From a virus, in the IMG/VR virus record IMGVR_UViG_3300012351_000009: a stretch of DNA of 64,000 bases. One strand, given 5' to 3'. How positions within the stretch are numbered: the first letter of the stretch is position 1; each line of letters starts with the position of its first letter. The notes beneath the pieces are model-generated. The model worked only from the letters and a program-made list of their open reading frames with translations. It ran no database searches and was not told the DNA's origin. Position numbers and translations under genes: made by a program. Below, piece after piece: positions 44,312 through 53,992 of this stretch.

Positions 44312-46735
44312 CTACTTGGTGTAATTAATTATGAGCTGAGGGGTGCGGTTGTCGGTGGCGGCGTAGCCGAATATCAGGCCGTAGTTGCTGTGGTCGCCGG
44401 CGGTGGTGAAGGAGGCGCCAGGCCCGAAGATCACCGCCGTGGCCGCGCCGCTGACCAGGTTGGCCGCGATCGACGTGCCGGTGATGTCATAGGTCAGCGT
44501 CTGGGCCTGCCCGATGTCGAAATTGAGGACGTCCTCGGTCGTGCCGGCGCCGGGGATGAACGTCGAGCCGAACGATCCGCCGTAGGTGGTGTAGCCGAGG
44601 ATCACGTGGTGACCCCAGCTGTAGTAGGAACCCAGGCTGGTCAGCTTGATCTTGACGCTGTTGATGGTGGCGCCGGACAGGTCGGAGGCGATCGTGGCGT
44701 GGGGGAACAGGGCGAAACTGTACTGGTCGCCGCCTGCCGCGCCGGCGACATTCTGGCCCTGGTAGCAGGTGCTGTTGAAGGAACGCGCGCCGTTCTGCGG
44801 GTTGCCGCCGGACGCGTTCGACCCGTAGTAACTGGCCGACCCGGAGCACCGGTACGTCTTGGTGTAGGCCTGGCCGGACGCGCCGCCGCTCGTGCCCGAG
44901 CCGAGCACGAACAGGTTGTTAGGCGCCGGGTTCGCGATCGTGCCGAGGTCGTAGATCTTGACGCGGATGTACTCGTCGTTCTTGAACTGCCAGGTGCTCG
45001 CCCCGGCATGCCCGGTGAACAGGAACCGGTACAGGGCATCGGCGCCCGGCGTGAACACGCACTTGATCGGGCCCATGTGCGCGTCCGTAGAGCCCGTCTC
45101 CACCCTGGAGGCAATCTGGCGGGCCTCAGACGAAGAGGTGGTGGGCGTCGACCCGTCTGTCGTCCAGCGGAGGTGCATGTGCATCGAGCCCGCCGCGGCA
45201 GCATTGATGATCGTCGAGTCCATCTCGACCTCGTAGACCCGGCCGCCAGTCAGCTGCTGGTCCAGCTCGAACAGGGCGATCTCAGTCGCGCCGATCGCGG
45301 GGCTGGGCCAGGCCGTGCCACCGATCGCCTTGAACCCGTAGTTGACCAGGCCCAGCGGGGCCTCGCTGATGAGGCCGCTGACCGAGGAGCCGCCGACCAG
45401 GACATCGACCCCGGCGCTGACGGTCTGGCCGGCGATGTTGCCCCCGTTGTCGATGCCGAGCAGCGTGTCCCCGGCGCCGCTCACCACGGACAGCAGGTTG
45501 GTCGAGGTACTCAGCCCGGTGAACTGGGCACCGCCGGGCCAGGTGTTCCCCCACTGGTCGCTGCCCGGATCCGCCGTGACGGCAAACACGATCACGGGAT
45601 TGGCGATGCCGTCGTCGTAGTACAGGAAATAGCCCGGCGTGGTGGGCACGGCGTTCCGCCAGTTCACGCCGCCGCCGGTCCCGCCGAGGAAGAACGAGCC
45701 CTCGATGACCGTGCCGTTGACGATGCCGGCGTAGACGATCCCGGCCGCGAGCTGGGCGGCCGTGATCGTGTTGGCGACGATCTTGGAGGCGTCGACCGAG
45801 TTGGCCGCGATCGCGTTGGCGGTGACTGAGGCGGCGGCGAGCGAGTCGGCGGTCACCGCGCCCAGGGCGATCGCGGCGTTGGTGACCGAGCCTGCCTGGA
45901 GCTGGTTGGGCCCGGCCGTGATGTAGAGCACCGGGTTGGTGAAGACCGCCGTGCTGGTGCCGGACAGGCCCGAGACGATGAGCCGCATGTAGGCGGTGTG
46001 CACGCCCGCGGGGATCGTGACCAGCTGGGCGACGGTGTTCGGCCCGGCCGCGACCGGCAGGTCAGGCCCGAGGAAGGAGCCGTCATTGAAGGCGAACTGG
46101 ATGCCCGCGACCACGCCGGAGCCGCCGGACAGGGTGACGCCGACCGAGATGTAGTACTGCTCGCCCGGGGTGACGTACAGCGGCACCAGCGCGCTGGGCA
46201 TCAGCGCGAGCGTGGCCAGGGCCGCGCCGCTGGCCGTGGCGTTCGGGGCGACCAGGCTCCAGGTGCCGTGCGTGCCAGGATCGACCTTGCGGGTCGCGTT
46301 GATCGCGATGATCGTGAACGCCGGGTCCAGGATGAGGTTGGTGCCGGACGCCGCAGCGGCCAGGTTCAGCCCGGTGATGGACTGCGGCGCGAGGGCGCTG
46401 CCCGGGACGCTGCCCGGGACGATGGCCGACCCGGGGATGCCGCTGCCGCCGGCGGTAGCCGTGGCCGGGTTGACGAAGGGCGTGCTATCGGTGGCCGCGA
46501 TCGCCGAGAACGTCCAGCCGGTCGTGATGTCCTGGCTGACGATCCAGGTCTCGCCGGCCGCCGGCAAGATGCCCTTGGACCGCTGGATGCCCATCGGCAC
46601 GCGGACCTCGACGCCGGCCTTGTCCACGGCGATCGCCGTCTGGCCGTCCGGCGTGATGGCCGTGATGGTGACCAGCTTGGCGCTGAACCCGGTGCTGCCG
46701 GTGTTCGCGCTGGTCGCCTTCTTCGGCTCGCCCAC
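44312..46735 (-). CDS. Baseplate spike / central tail fibre-like protein
   Basis: N-terminal OB-like segment (PAAGETWIV), TANAIAANSVDASKIVANTITAAQLAAG repeats; between hub and gp25. Confidence 0.6.
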   Translation of the reverse strand: MGEPKKATSANTGSTGFSAKLVTITAITPDGQTAIAVDKAGVEVRVPMGIQRSKGILPAAGETWIVSQDITTGWTFSAIAATDSTPFVNPATATAGGSGIPGSAIVPGSVPGSALAPQSITGLNLAAAASGTNLILDPAFTIIAINATRKVDPGTHGTWSLVAPNATASGAALATLALMPSALVPLYVTPGEQYYISVGVTLSGGSGVVAGIQFAFNDGSFLGPDLPVAAGPNTVAQLVTIPAGVHTAYMRLIVSGLSGTSTAVFTNPVLYITAGPNQLQAGSVTNAAIALGAVTADSLAAASVTANAIAANSVDASKIVANTITAAQLAAGIVYAGIVNGTVIEGSFFLGGTGGGVNWRNAVPTTPGYFLYYDDGIANPVIVFAVTADPGSDQWGNTWPGGAQFTGLSTSTNLLSVVSGAGDTLLGIDNGGNIAGQTVSAGVDVLVGGSSVSGLISEAPLGLVNYGFKAIGGTAWPSPAIGATEIALFELDQQLTGGRVYEVEMDSTIINAAAAGSMHMHLRWTTDGSTPTTSSSEARQIASRVETGSTDAHMGPIKCVFTPGADALYRFLFTGHAGASTWQFKNDEYIRVKIYDLGTIANPAPNNLFVLGSGTSGGASGQAYTKTYRCSGSASYYGSNASGGNPQNGARSFNSTCYQGQNVAGAAGGDQYSFALFPHATIASDLSGATINSVKIKLTSLGSYYSWGHHVILGYTTYGGSFGSTFIPGAGTTEDVLNFDIGQAQTLTYDITGTSIAANLVSGAATAVIFGPGASFTTAGDHSNYGLIFGYAATDNRTPQLIINYTK

Positions 46736-46742
46736 GTCAGGC

Positions 46743-49427
46743 TCAGCCCGCTGTCGGGATGTTGATGCCCGACGTCTGGTTGATGTTCTGGCCGCCCGGC
46801 GCGATGATCGCCGCCGACCGCTGCGGCGCCGCGGCCGGCTTGGTGAATATGGCCGGGCTGCCCGGGACCGGCCCGCCGGTCGGGGTCGGCAGGATGTTCG
46901 GGATCTTCGGGGTGTTCCCGATCGTCGGCGGGGACGGGCTGCCGGTCAGCCCGCCGGCCAGCGGCATGCCGATCAGGGCGCCCTGGCTGTTGCCCTCGTT
47001 GCCGGGCAGCCGGGCCGGGGCCGCGATGTTGACCGTGGTGGAGTAGCCGCCGCCGGGGCCCGTCTGCCAGTTGTGCGTCACGGTCGTGACGTAAGCCTGG
47101 AAGCCGAAAGCCGGGATCTGCACCAGCATCCCGGGCCACAGCTCGGGCATGAACGTGATCGGGATGTCGGCGTTGTACTGGTAGGCCCAGCTCTGCATGA
47201 ACAGGTAGATTGCGCTGAAGAACTCACCCTGCGGCCCGACCGGCCCGACGACCGTCTGGAAGTCGGGCCGGGCGCCGAACCGCTTGTAGACCCAGCTGAT
47301 GAACTTCTGCGCCTCAGCCTGGCTGGGCTCCAGCCCGAACAGCCCCTGCATGATCGCGGGGATGTCGATGCTGGCCACGCCCGTGGTCGTGACGGCCAGC
47401 AGCGGGCCCATGTTAGCGACCGTGCCGGTATCCAGCGTGATCGCGTTCTGGGCGATGGAGTTGACGGTGAACTGGTGCGTGACCAGGTTGGTGTCGTCCC
47501 ACCAGACGTTGAAGTCCTGCAGCTCGATCGGCTCGATCTGCATGATCGCCGCGGTGCCCCACAGCCCGTAGTAGTCCGGGAACCAGGCGATGAAGTCGCC
47601 GTTGGGGGCCGAGCAGAACTGCCGCATGCACGAGCTGACCAGGTTCTTGATGTACGGCAGCAGCGGGGAGTCGGGCAGCAGCGCCCGCGGGCCGGTCAGC
47701 GCCTCGGCCAGCACGGTATCGATGTTGTACTCGGGCACGAACGGCGAAGAGCCGAACAGGGAGTCGAACGGGTCGGACGGGTTGTACCAGGGCTGGGCGC
47801 TGCCGGTCGACAGCTGCACCCCGGCGTTGAGCGGGTTGGCCGGCGCCGCGCCGCCCGCGCTGGACCCCGAGGCCGGGCCGCCCGCGCCGGAGTAGTCCAG
47901 GCCGGGCGCGATCCCGGCGCACGTCCAGGCGCCGGAGGAGGACACCACGCCGGCGAAGGTGCCGCTGTGATGGGCGCCGACGGTATGGGTCCCGTCGCCC
48001 AGGCTGATCTCGACGTGCGTGGCCGAGCCCGGCGAGCCCATGAACATCAGCGCGCCCTGGGTCTTCATGCCCTGGGCCGCGGTCACGATGGAGCCGCCGG
48101 ACTGGCACCACGACGACTGGGCCTGGGAAGTCCGCGGGCAGCTGCCCAGCGAGCCGTTGGCATGGAAGTAGCACCACTGGACGAAGCTGGAGCAGTCGAG
48201 CAGCCGCACCTGGGCGGCCGGGGTGTTCGGCGGGGAGTCGCCGCCCTCCTGGTAGGGGATGCTCGGGTGCTGCTGGACCAGGGCCAGGGCGGTGGCCAGC
48301 AGGGCGTTGGCGGTGGTCTTGCCTGTCTTGTTCGGGCTGGTGCCCGCCAGTACCGGGGCGACCGACAGGGACGAGCCGGCGCCCCCTGTCAAGATGTTGA
48401 CGATCTGCGTGCCCATGCTCGCGTACTTCTGGTAGTTCGCGCCCTGGGCAGCGGTCGTCTTCAGGACGGCCTGGCCCTCCTGGGCGATCGTCATCGAGTC
48501 GCGGTTGGTGATGGTCATCAGCGCCTGGAGGAACTTGGTGGCCGAGTAGGTCGTGTCGGCGACCTGCGCCGCGGTGCCCCACCCCTTGCTCGGCTGCAGC
48601 CCGAAGGCCCCGGCGGCGCCGCCGGGGCCGGTCATGTTCGTGCCCAGGGCTGACGTGGCCATGGCGACCGCGAGGGCCACCACCTTGTCCCGGCTGCTGG
48701 CACCCAGCGAGGCGCCCGCGTTGTAGATCTTGATGGCGACCGCCGTCTGGGCGGCGTTGATCGCCGTGCCGCCGTAAGTCCCGGGGTTCAGCGCATTGCT
48801 GATCACGGTGCCGCCCTGGGTGACGCCGCCGACGGCGCCGTTGGCGCCCAGTATGGAGTAGAACTGCTGCGCCAGGGCGTCCGCCTGCGCCAGGCTGGCC
48901 TGCACGTTCTTGGCGATCCCGTAGCTCCACTGCAGCGCGGCCTGGGGGATGCCGGCGATGTGGGTGTTGGCCGCGGGCCAGCCGGCCACGGTCTGCAGCA
49001 GCGTGATGATGGCGTTGGCGGTGCCGCCGTCGTCCGGGTGCGCAGTCGAGGCCATGGCGTTGGTGACCAGCGTCTGGGAGCTGGCCAGGCCGGGATCCCA
49101 GTAGTAGTACTGCAGGCGCTTGAGCGAGCACGAGGCGGTCATCTGCACGGCCATCGGCCAGGCGGTGACCAGCGGCACCGCGTTCAGGTAGCCGGTGAAC
49201 ACGCGCATCCAGGCCAGCCGTTTCATCATCACGATGATGCGGTCGTTGGGGACGAACACCCCGTCGTACTTGCGCCGGGCATTCTGCAGGGTGAAGCTCA
49301 GCGAGCTGACGCCGGCCGAGCGGCGCACGATGGAGCCCTGGGTGACGTCATCGCTGATGTCCAGGATCCCGTTCTTCTCGGTCGAGATGTAGATCTTGAA
49401 CCCCGGAGCGTACATGAACACGGACAC
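46743..49427 (-). CDS. Baseplate hub protein with lysozyme-like and NlpC/P60 domains
   Basis: LDCSSFVQWCY...PRTSQAQ...HVEISLG; degenerate ALAVAMATS...GAFGLQPSKGWG. Confidence 0.75.
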   Translation of the reverse strand: MSVFMYAPGFKIYISTEKNGILDISDDVTQGSIVRRSAGVSSLSFTLQNARRKYDGVFVPNDRIIVMMKRLAWMRVFTGYLNAVPLVTAWPMAVQMTASCSLKRLQYYYWDPGLASSQTLVTNAMASTAHPDDGGTANAIITLLQTVAGWPAANTHIAGIPQAALQWSYGIAKNVQASLAQADALAQQFYSILGANGAVGGVTQGGTVISNALNPGTYGGTAINAAQTAVAIKIYNAGASLGASSRDKVVALAVAMATSALGTNMTGPGGAAGAFGLQPSKGWGTAAQVADTTYSATKFLQALMTITNRDSMTIAQEGQAVLKTTAAQGANYQKYASMGTQIVNILTGGAGSSLSVAPVLAGTSPNKTGKTTANALLATALALVQQHPSIPYQEGGDSPPNTPAAQVRLLDCSSFVQWCYFHANGSLGSCPRTSQAQSSWCQSGGSIVTAAQGMKTQGALMFMGSPGSATHVEISLGDGTHTVGAHHSGTFAGVVSSSGAWTCAGIAPGLDYSGAGGPASGSSAGGAAPANPLNAGVQLSTGSAQPWYNPSDPFDSLFGSSPFVPEYNIDTVLAEALTGPRALLPDSPLLPYIKNLVSSCMRQFCSAPNGDFIAWFPDYYGLWGTAAIMQIEPIELQDFNVWWDDTNLVTHQFTVNSIAQNAITLDTGTVANMGPLLAVTTTGVASIDIPAIMQGLFGLEPSQAEAQKFISWVYKRFGARPDFQTVVGPVGPQGEFFSAIYLFMQSWAYQYNADIPITFMPELWPGMLVQIPAFGFQAYVTTVTHNWQTGPGGGYSTTVNIAAPARLPGNEGNSQGALIGMPLAGGLTGSPSPPTIGNTPKIPNILPTPTGGPVPGSPAIFTKPAAAPQRSAAIIAPGGQNINQTSGINIPTAG

Positions 49428-49431
49428 AGGG

Positions 49432-50076
49432 TCACAACCTCCCGTTGATGTTAGCCGGGGTGGTCGCGGTCGCCGGGCCGGGCGGCAGCTGGGTGAAGAT
49501 CGAGGGATCGCCGTTGTAGCTGACGCTGGTGATGGGCTGCTGGCTGCCAGACAGCTGGGTCCCGAACGGGTAGAAGTACTGGATCGCCAGGTCCGAGGCG
49601 AATGCCGCCCACTTGTTGATGACCGTGCTGACGTCGGGCAGGCCCGGCTTAGTGCCGGGCGAGCTGGCGGCCTCGAACAGGATTTGCGGGGTGAACATCA
49701 TCATGCCGGTGTGCGCGCCCCACTGATAGCCGGTCAGCGGCACGCCGAACTGGGTGAACTTCCGGCTCGGGATGGTCACCGTCATCCACGGGAACGCGCC
49801 CTGGATGATGTCGGGGTTGATGACGTAGCTGGCGTAGCGGCTCAGCCAGCTGGTGAAGTCGGTGCGCTCATCCCAGTTCTTCAGCAGCACCACGACCGAG
49901 AACTGCTCCATGGCCGTGCGGTGCGGGTAGAACGCGCGGGCGGTGCGTGCCTCGGATTCGCCGTAGATCATCTGGATGCCGTGGCTGATCGCACCCGCCC
50001 GCACCTGGTACGTGCGCGTCGTGCCGCTCGCGTCGGGGTAGCTCAGCGTGCAGTTCAGCCCGGCCCTGGTCATCAA
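49432..50076 (-). CDS. Tail/baseplate junction protein
   Basis: Position between hub and tape measure; GGAGG RBS. Confidence 0.6.
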   Translation of the reverse strand: MMTRAGLNCTLSYPDASGTTRTYQVRAGAISHGIQMIYGESEARTARAFYPHRTAMEQFSVVVLLKNWDERTDFTSWLSRYASYVINPDIIQGAFPWMTVTIPSRKFTQFGVPLTGYQWGAHTGMMMFTPQILFEAASSPGTKPGLPDVSTVINKWAAFASDLAIQYFYPFGTQLSGSQQPITSVSYNGDPSIFTQLPPGPATATTPANINGRL

Positions 50077-50113
50077 CCCTCCTCCTTACTTCCCGGGAGT
50101 CCGGCCTGTGCGC

Positions 50114-50127
50114 TATATTCATTGATA
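50114..50127 (+). promoter_or_regulatory. -10 TATATT plus CATTGATA, upstream of array 4
   Basis: Recurrent motif followed by a 14-bp stem-loop. Confidence 0.6.
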
Positions 50128-50172
50128 GGCCTTGCACCAGAGCGAGCACTGGCGCAAGGCCTGTCCTCCTCG

Positions 50173-50400
50173 ATGAGGTTTGGCTTGGCGTGACAAGGCA
50201 TGGACGGCGGGGCCGTCGTGGTGAAGCCGGGCACAACGGAGCATGGCGAGTCCCGGCTCGGCCCGGCAGTCATCGCGAGGCTGGGCTTAACGCGGCTGCG
50301 GATGGCCAGGCGGTCTCGGACAGGAGCGGCTGAGCCAGGCAGGGCCCATCACGGCGGTCAAGGCATGGCTTAGCGGAGCCTGGCACGGCTAGGCCGGCTG
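50173..50400 (+). ncRNA. Array 4: NN-GGC pentamer units
   Basis: 50218-50271 = GTGGT GAAGC CGGGC ACAAC GGAGC ATGGC GAGTC CCGGC TCGGC CCGGC AGTC. Confidence 0.7.
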
Positions 50401-50434
50401 GCGGGCCGTCACGGGGTACCCCGGGGCGGCCCGC
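50400..50434. terminator. Hairpin between array 4 and the convergent gene
   Basis: GCGGGCCG...CGGGGTACCCCG...CGGCCCGC. Confidence 0.5.
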
Positions 50435-50654
50435 TCCCGTCGATGCGTCGATCATCTGCAACCGTGATTCCCGTAGATGGCGCATACACCGGCACGGCCA
50501 GCTTTTCATAGTCGGTCGCGGAGATGTTGTGGACGAGCCGGTACTGGGTCATCGAGAACCCGAACATGTTCACCAGCCTGGCCTCGTCGGCGGGCGGCGG
50601 CAACGGCATCGAGATGGGACAGTCCGCTCCCCACACCGGGCGCGGCGTCGGCAT
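50409..50654 (-). CDS. Small hypothetical protein
   Basis: CAGGAGG RBS, track ORF. Confidence 0.5.
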   Translation of the reverse strand: MPTPRPVWGADCPISMPLPPPADEARLVNMFGFSMTQYRLVHNISATDYEKLAVPVYAPSTGITVADDRRIDGSGPPRGTP

Positions 50655-50672
50655 GATGACCTCCTGGTAGTC

Positions 50673-51725
50673 CTAGTAGAAGTTGTGGATCAGGTGAAAT
50701 GCCTTGGCCGCCGAGGGCGTCTTGTACCGGGTCCGGACGTACGTGCACATCCACAGCGACTGGGCGCCGGCGTCGCCCAGGCAGGCCGCCCGGGACTGGG
50801 CCGGGGTCAGGCCGTTGCCGCCGTACTCGTTGACGCCGTTGCTGGCCGGCCCGCCGGAGAACGGGTGCCCCAGGCTCTGCGCCATCCCGAAGGCGCCCGA
50901 GCTGGGGTTCTTGATCAGGGTGTTGTAGCCCGCCTCGGCCATCTCCAGCCAGTCGAGCGCATCCCACTCGCTGCCGGTCCAGCCGAACTGGGCCGCGGTC
51001 GCCTGCAGGATGGTCTTGGCCGACCCGGCACTGCCGACCAGGCCGCCCGGAGATCCGGGATTGGAGCTGGCGGCCACCGAGCTGGGCGGCGGCGGGTAGA
51101 GCTTCACCGCGAGCTGCATGTCCTTGGCCAGGTCGGCGCCGCCGGCCAGGCCGGTGTACTGGCTGAAGACCCAGCCGATGCCATCAGATATCCGCGACAT
51201 GTACGAGGCGATCGCAGCCTCGGCCTGCTTGTTGACCACGCCGTTGCTGTCCCCGGCGGTGACCAGGGCGGTCGAGGCGTCCTGGACGATGAACAGGACC
51301 AGCCGCCAGCGCTGGTTGAACTTGCCCGGGGTCATCACGATCGAGGTGCCCGGGTTGTCGGCGTCGTCGAAGCTCTTGACGTAGACGTTGAAGCGGTAGT
51401 TCTTCGGCGGGTAGGTGAAGACCGCGGGCGGGTGCATCATCTGCTGGGTGTTGGCGTCGCTGCTCTGCTTCTCCATGATCGCCTGGATCAGCAGCAGGAA
51501 CGCCTCGGCCTGCTGCCAGCTCACGCCGTCGGGCGTGGAGTGGTCCTGGCCGAAGGAGCCGGTGATCGTCAGGTCGTCGAGATAACTGCCAATGACCTGA
51601 ATGACCCGGCCGCCGATCGTCTCGATGACGTTGGTCAGGATCTCGAAGTTCCACTCGATGCTGTCCGGGTCGACCCGGAAGGCGATCGCGGGCCCGCCCG
51701 GGAACCCGAGCGTCGCCTTGCCCAT
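50673..51725 (-). CDS. Tail tube initiator-like protein with C-terminal lytic transglycosylase-like domain
   Basis: C-terminal WDALDWLEMAEAGYN...NPSSGAFGMAQSLG. Confidence 0.7.
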   Translation of the reverse strand: MGKATLGFPGGPAIAFRVDPDSIEWNFEILTNVIETIGGRVIQVIGSYLDDLTITGSFGQDHSTPDGVSWQQAEAFLLLIQAIMEKQSSDANTQQMMHPPAVFTYPPKNYRFNVYVKSFDDADNPGTSIVMTPGKFNQRWRLVLFIVQDASTALVTAGDSNGVVNKQAEAAIASYMSRISDGIGWVFSQYTGLAGGADLAKDMQLAVKLYPPPPSSVAASSNPGSPGGLVGSAGSAKTILQATAAQFGWTGSEWDALDWLEMAEAGYNTLIKNPSSGAFGMAQSLGHPFSGGPASNGVNEYGGNGLTPAQSRAACLGDAGAQSLWMCTYVRTRYKTPSAAKAFHLIHNFY

Positions 51726-51943
51726 GACCACCTCCAGAAGCTCCTAAAGCTTCTGGGGCGGGCGGTCCCCGGGCTCCTACCAGTCCCGGGGACCCTGACC
51801 CAGATACCCCTGTGCACTCCGCCGACAGCCGGAAACCTGCTCCGTCACGAAGGTTCCTCGCGCTCAGGGTAACACCTGCTCAGGTTTGCTTTTACCAAGG
51901 TTTTTAGATATTCTGGAGGAAGAACCCCGAGGAGACGATAACG

Positions 51944-52564
51944 ATGCCATCAGAGAACGCGCAGGGCCAGCCGTACTGCCAGCAGATGTGGTGCACGACT
52001 CTCAGCAAAAGCGAAGAGCCGCCCCGCCTAGCCAGCACCTGGCTGCTCGGCACCGACGGGCATACCTGGCAGCCCTGCTGCGATTTCTGCCTCGGCCGGT
52101 GGGTGAGCCTTACCGCAGCCGGCAGCCTGTCGACTGCGCCGATGTACGCGCCCGAGCCCGCCGCTGCAACCGCTCCCGCAGCTCCCGCGGCTGCCGCAGC
52201 AGCTCCCCAGGGGGTGCTCGCGCGCTACCGCGCCTGGAAGGCCGCCAACCGCACCAGGGCCGACCTGGCCGAGGTCGGCGCGATCTGGGCCGGGGCGGCC
52301 GTCGCGCACCACTACCTGAGCGAGAGCACCCGCAGGGGCAACGAGAAGTCGTACAACAGCCTGATGGGGATCGCGCCGAGGAACAACGCGCAGGCCGGCA
52401 TGTGGCGCCAGGAAGAACGCGCCGAGCAAGCCAGGGTCCGGCACCAGCAGGATGAGATGGCTGCCGACCTGCACGCGATCGCCAGCCAGCAGGGCTCCGG
52501 CGCCGGGGCGCCAGCTTCGCTCCGGCTCCAGCAGGAGGCCAGGGGCCACAGGGGCTACTGGTGA
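51944..52564 (+). CDS. Hypothetical protein
   Basis: Downstream of promoter-like TACCAAGGTTTTTAGATA (51893-51910); GAGGAG RBS. Confidence 0.6.
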   Translation: MPSENAQGQPYCQQMWCTTLSKSEEPPRLASTWLLGTDGHTWQPCCDFCLGRWVSLTAAGSLSTAPMYAPEPAAATAPAAPAAAAAAPQGVLARYRAWKAANRTRADLAEVGAIWAGAAVAHHYLSESTRRGNEKSYNSLMGIAPRNNAQAGMWRQEERAEQARVRHQQDEMAADLHAIASQQGSGAGAPASLRLQQEARGHRGYW

Positions 52565-52827
52565 GCACTGAGACCGTCGTCAACTACGTCGTCGAGTACA
52601 GGCTCGTCCATAGCCCGGAGCGCTGGCTGACCTGGGACCCCTGGGACCCCTGCCCCAGCGAAGAAGGCGCCAGGGCGCTATTCAAAAGCCTGCTAGCCAG
52701 TAAGCGCGCTCGTGGCACTGGCCGAGTCCATTACCGCGTCGTCAAACGCACCGCCGTCATCACCGATGACGTGATACTCGAAGAAGAGCCCGAGGAGCCT
52801 TCCGACCATGAGCGCAGCGCACCCTGA
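52561..52827 (+). CDS. Hypothetical protein
   Basis: GTGA overlap. Confidence 0.55.
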   Translation: MSTETVVNYVVEYRLVHSPERWLTWDPWDPCPSEEGARALFKSLLASKRARGTGRVHYRVVKRTAVITDDVILEEEPEEPSDHERSAP

Positions 52828-53200
52828 CGCACTAAGCCAGATCCTTGACCTCCTGATCACCTGGTGGTGGCTGTCACTGATCTTCGGCGCCGGGATCTAC
52901 GCCGGGATCTACGAGGCGATCCAGAAAGCCTTCGCCTGGCACCACGAGCGCAAGCTCGAAGTCCTCCGGGAGAAAGCCGCGATCGCGGCAGCCGTAGCCA
53001 GGGTCGACGAGCACCACGCGAAGATGGCGCTGCCGTACGTCCCGGCCGCGGCCGTCGAGCCCGGCGCCGGGCCGTGCAAGCACCGCTCGGACGTCGTGCC
53101 CGTCTTCGAGGAGGCAACCGGCAAGCGCCTGGCCTGGTACTGCAAGACATGCGAAACTCAGCTCCCCGCCACGTACGCGATCGGGCCGGAGGACCTGTGA
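52808..53200 (+). CDS. Membrane protein with C-terminal Cys/His motif
   Basis: LLITWWWLSLIFGAGIYAGIY; CKH...CKTC. Confidence 0.6.
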   Translation: MSAAHPDALSQILDLLITWWWLSLIFGAGIYAGIYEAIQKAFAWHHERKLEVLREKAAIAAAVARVDEHHAKMALPYVPAAAVEPGAGPCKHRSDVVPVFEEATGKRLAWYCKTCETQLPATYAIGPEDL

Positions 53201-53232
53201 GGAGATCCACCGCGCCGTCCCCGGCGGATCTC
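53201..53232. terminator. Bidirectional hairpin between convergent genes
   Basis: GGAGATCC...GGATCTCC. Confidence 0.5.
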
Positions 53233-53241
53233 CCCCGGCCG

Positions 53242-53982
53242 CTAGTAGAGGAGCCGGATGGCAAGCATCGGGTACCAGTACCTGTTGTAGGTGTGCCAGC
53301 CGACAGGGGTACCGGTCTTCAGGGCCCCGTATGACACGCCCGGCCACTTCGTCTTGATCTCGGCGTGGCCCCAGCCGGGCCAGATCAGGATGTCGCCCCG
53401 CTGCGCCTGGCTGACCGGGATGATCCTGGCCCGCAGCCTGCCCGAGTAGACGGCTGACCTCAGGTCGTAGGTATCCCTCGGCCAGCTGAGGCGGATGCCG
53501 TTGGCCGGGAGCACGCGCAGGGCCGCGGCGTAGATCGCGCCCGAGCAGTCATAGCCGTATGGCCCGGTCCCGCCCCAGGCGTACGGGCGCCCGTTCTCGT
53601 GCGCCTGCTCCCAGTTGAGCAGCTGGCTGCCGATGCTCGCCCGGGTCGAGGCGTGCGCCACGTCCGACACGAAGACCGTCCCGGCGAATGTCCCGAGAAA
53701 ACAGGCGATGACCAGGACGAATGTCAGGAGCACCCGCTTCGGGTGTCCCTGCTTCCGTCCGACCACCTGACGCGCGACCGATCCTTCTGACGGGGGCCGC
53801 AGCAGCAGCGATTCCTCGCTCCCGGCGACATGCCATTCAATCGGGCTGCCCATTGGCGGCGGAGGTCCCAGCCGGTCCTGGCGGTGATCGCCGAAGGCAG
53901 GCCTTGCCAGCCAGGCGTGCGGGTTGTCGGGCCTGCGGTGCCGGCCGCGAGCCAGGGCAGGCTGATCCAGTGTCATTGTCAT
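53242..53982 (-). CDS. Secreted/membrane NlpC/P60 peptidase
   Basis: Hydrophobic VLLTFVLVIACFLGTFAG; PYAWGGTGPYGYDCSG...GHAE. Confidence 0.8.
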   Translation of the reverse strand: MTMTLDQPALARGRHRRPDNPHAWLARPAFGDHRQDRLGPPPPMGSPIEWHVAGSEESLLLRPPSEGSVARQVVGRKQGHPKRVLLTFVLVIACFLGTFAGTVFVSDVAHASTRASIGSQLLNWEQAHENGRPYAWGGTGPYGYDCSGAIYAAALRVLPANGIRLSWPRDTYDLRSAVYSGRLRARIIPVSQAQRGDILIWPGWGHAEIKTKWPGVSYGALKTGTPVGWHTYNRYWYPMLAIRLLY

Positions 53983-53992
53983 GATCGCTCCC

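Noticed and set aside
11434-48653. Long opposite-strand ORFs such as 11434..13428, 26294..28039, 37794..39338, 44246..45829 and 46170..48653
   Set aside because: Shadow ORFs of high-GC coding genes, with low-complexity translations and no motifs
22935-49427. Diversity-generating retroelement acting on tail genes
   Set aside because: No reverse transcriptase and no template/variable repeat pair with adenine-specific differences; the 50-bp repeat is exact
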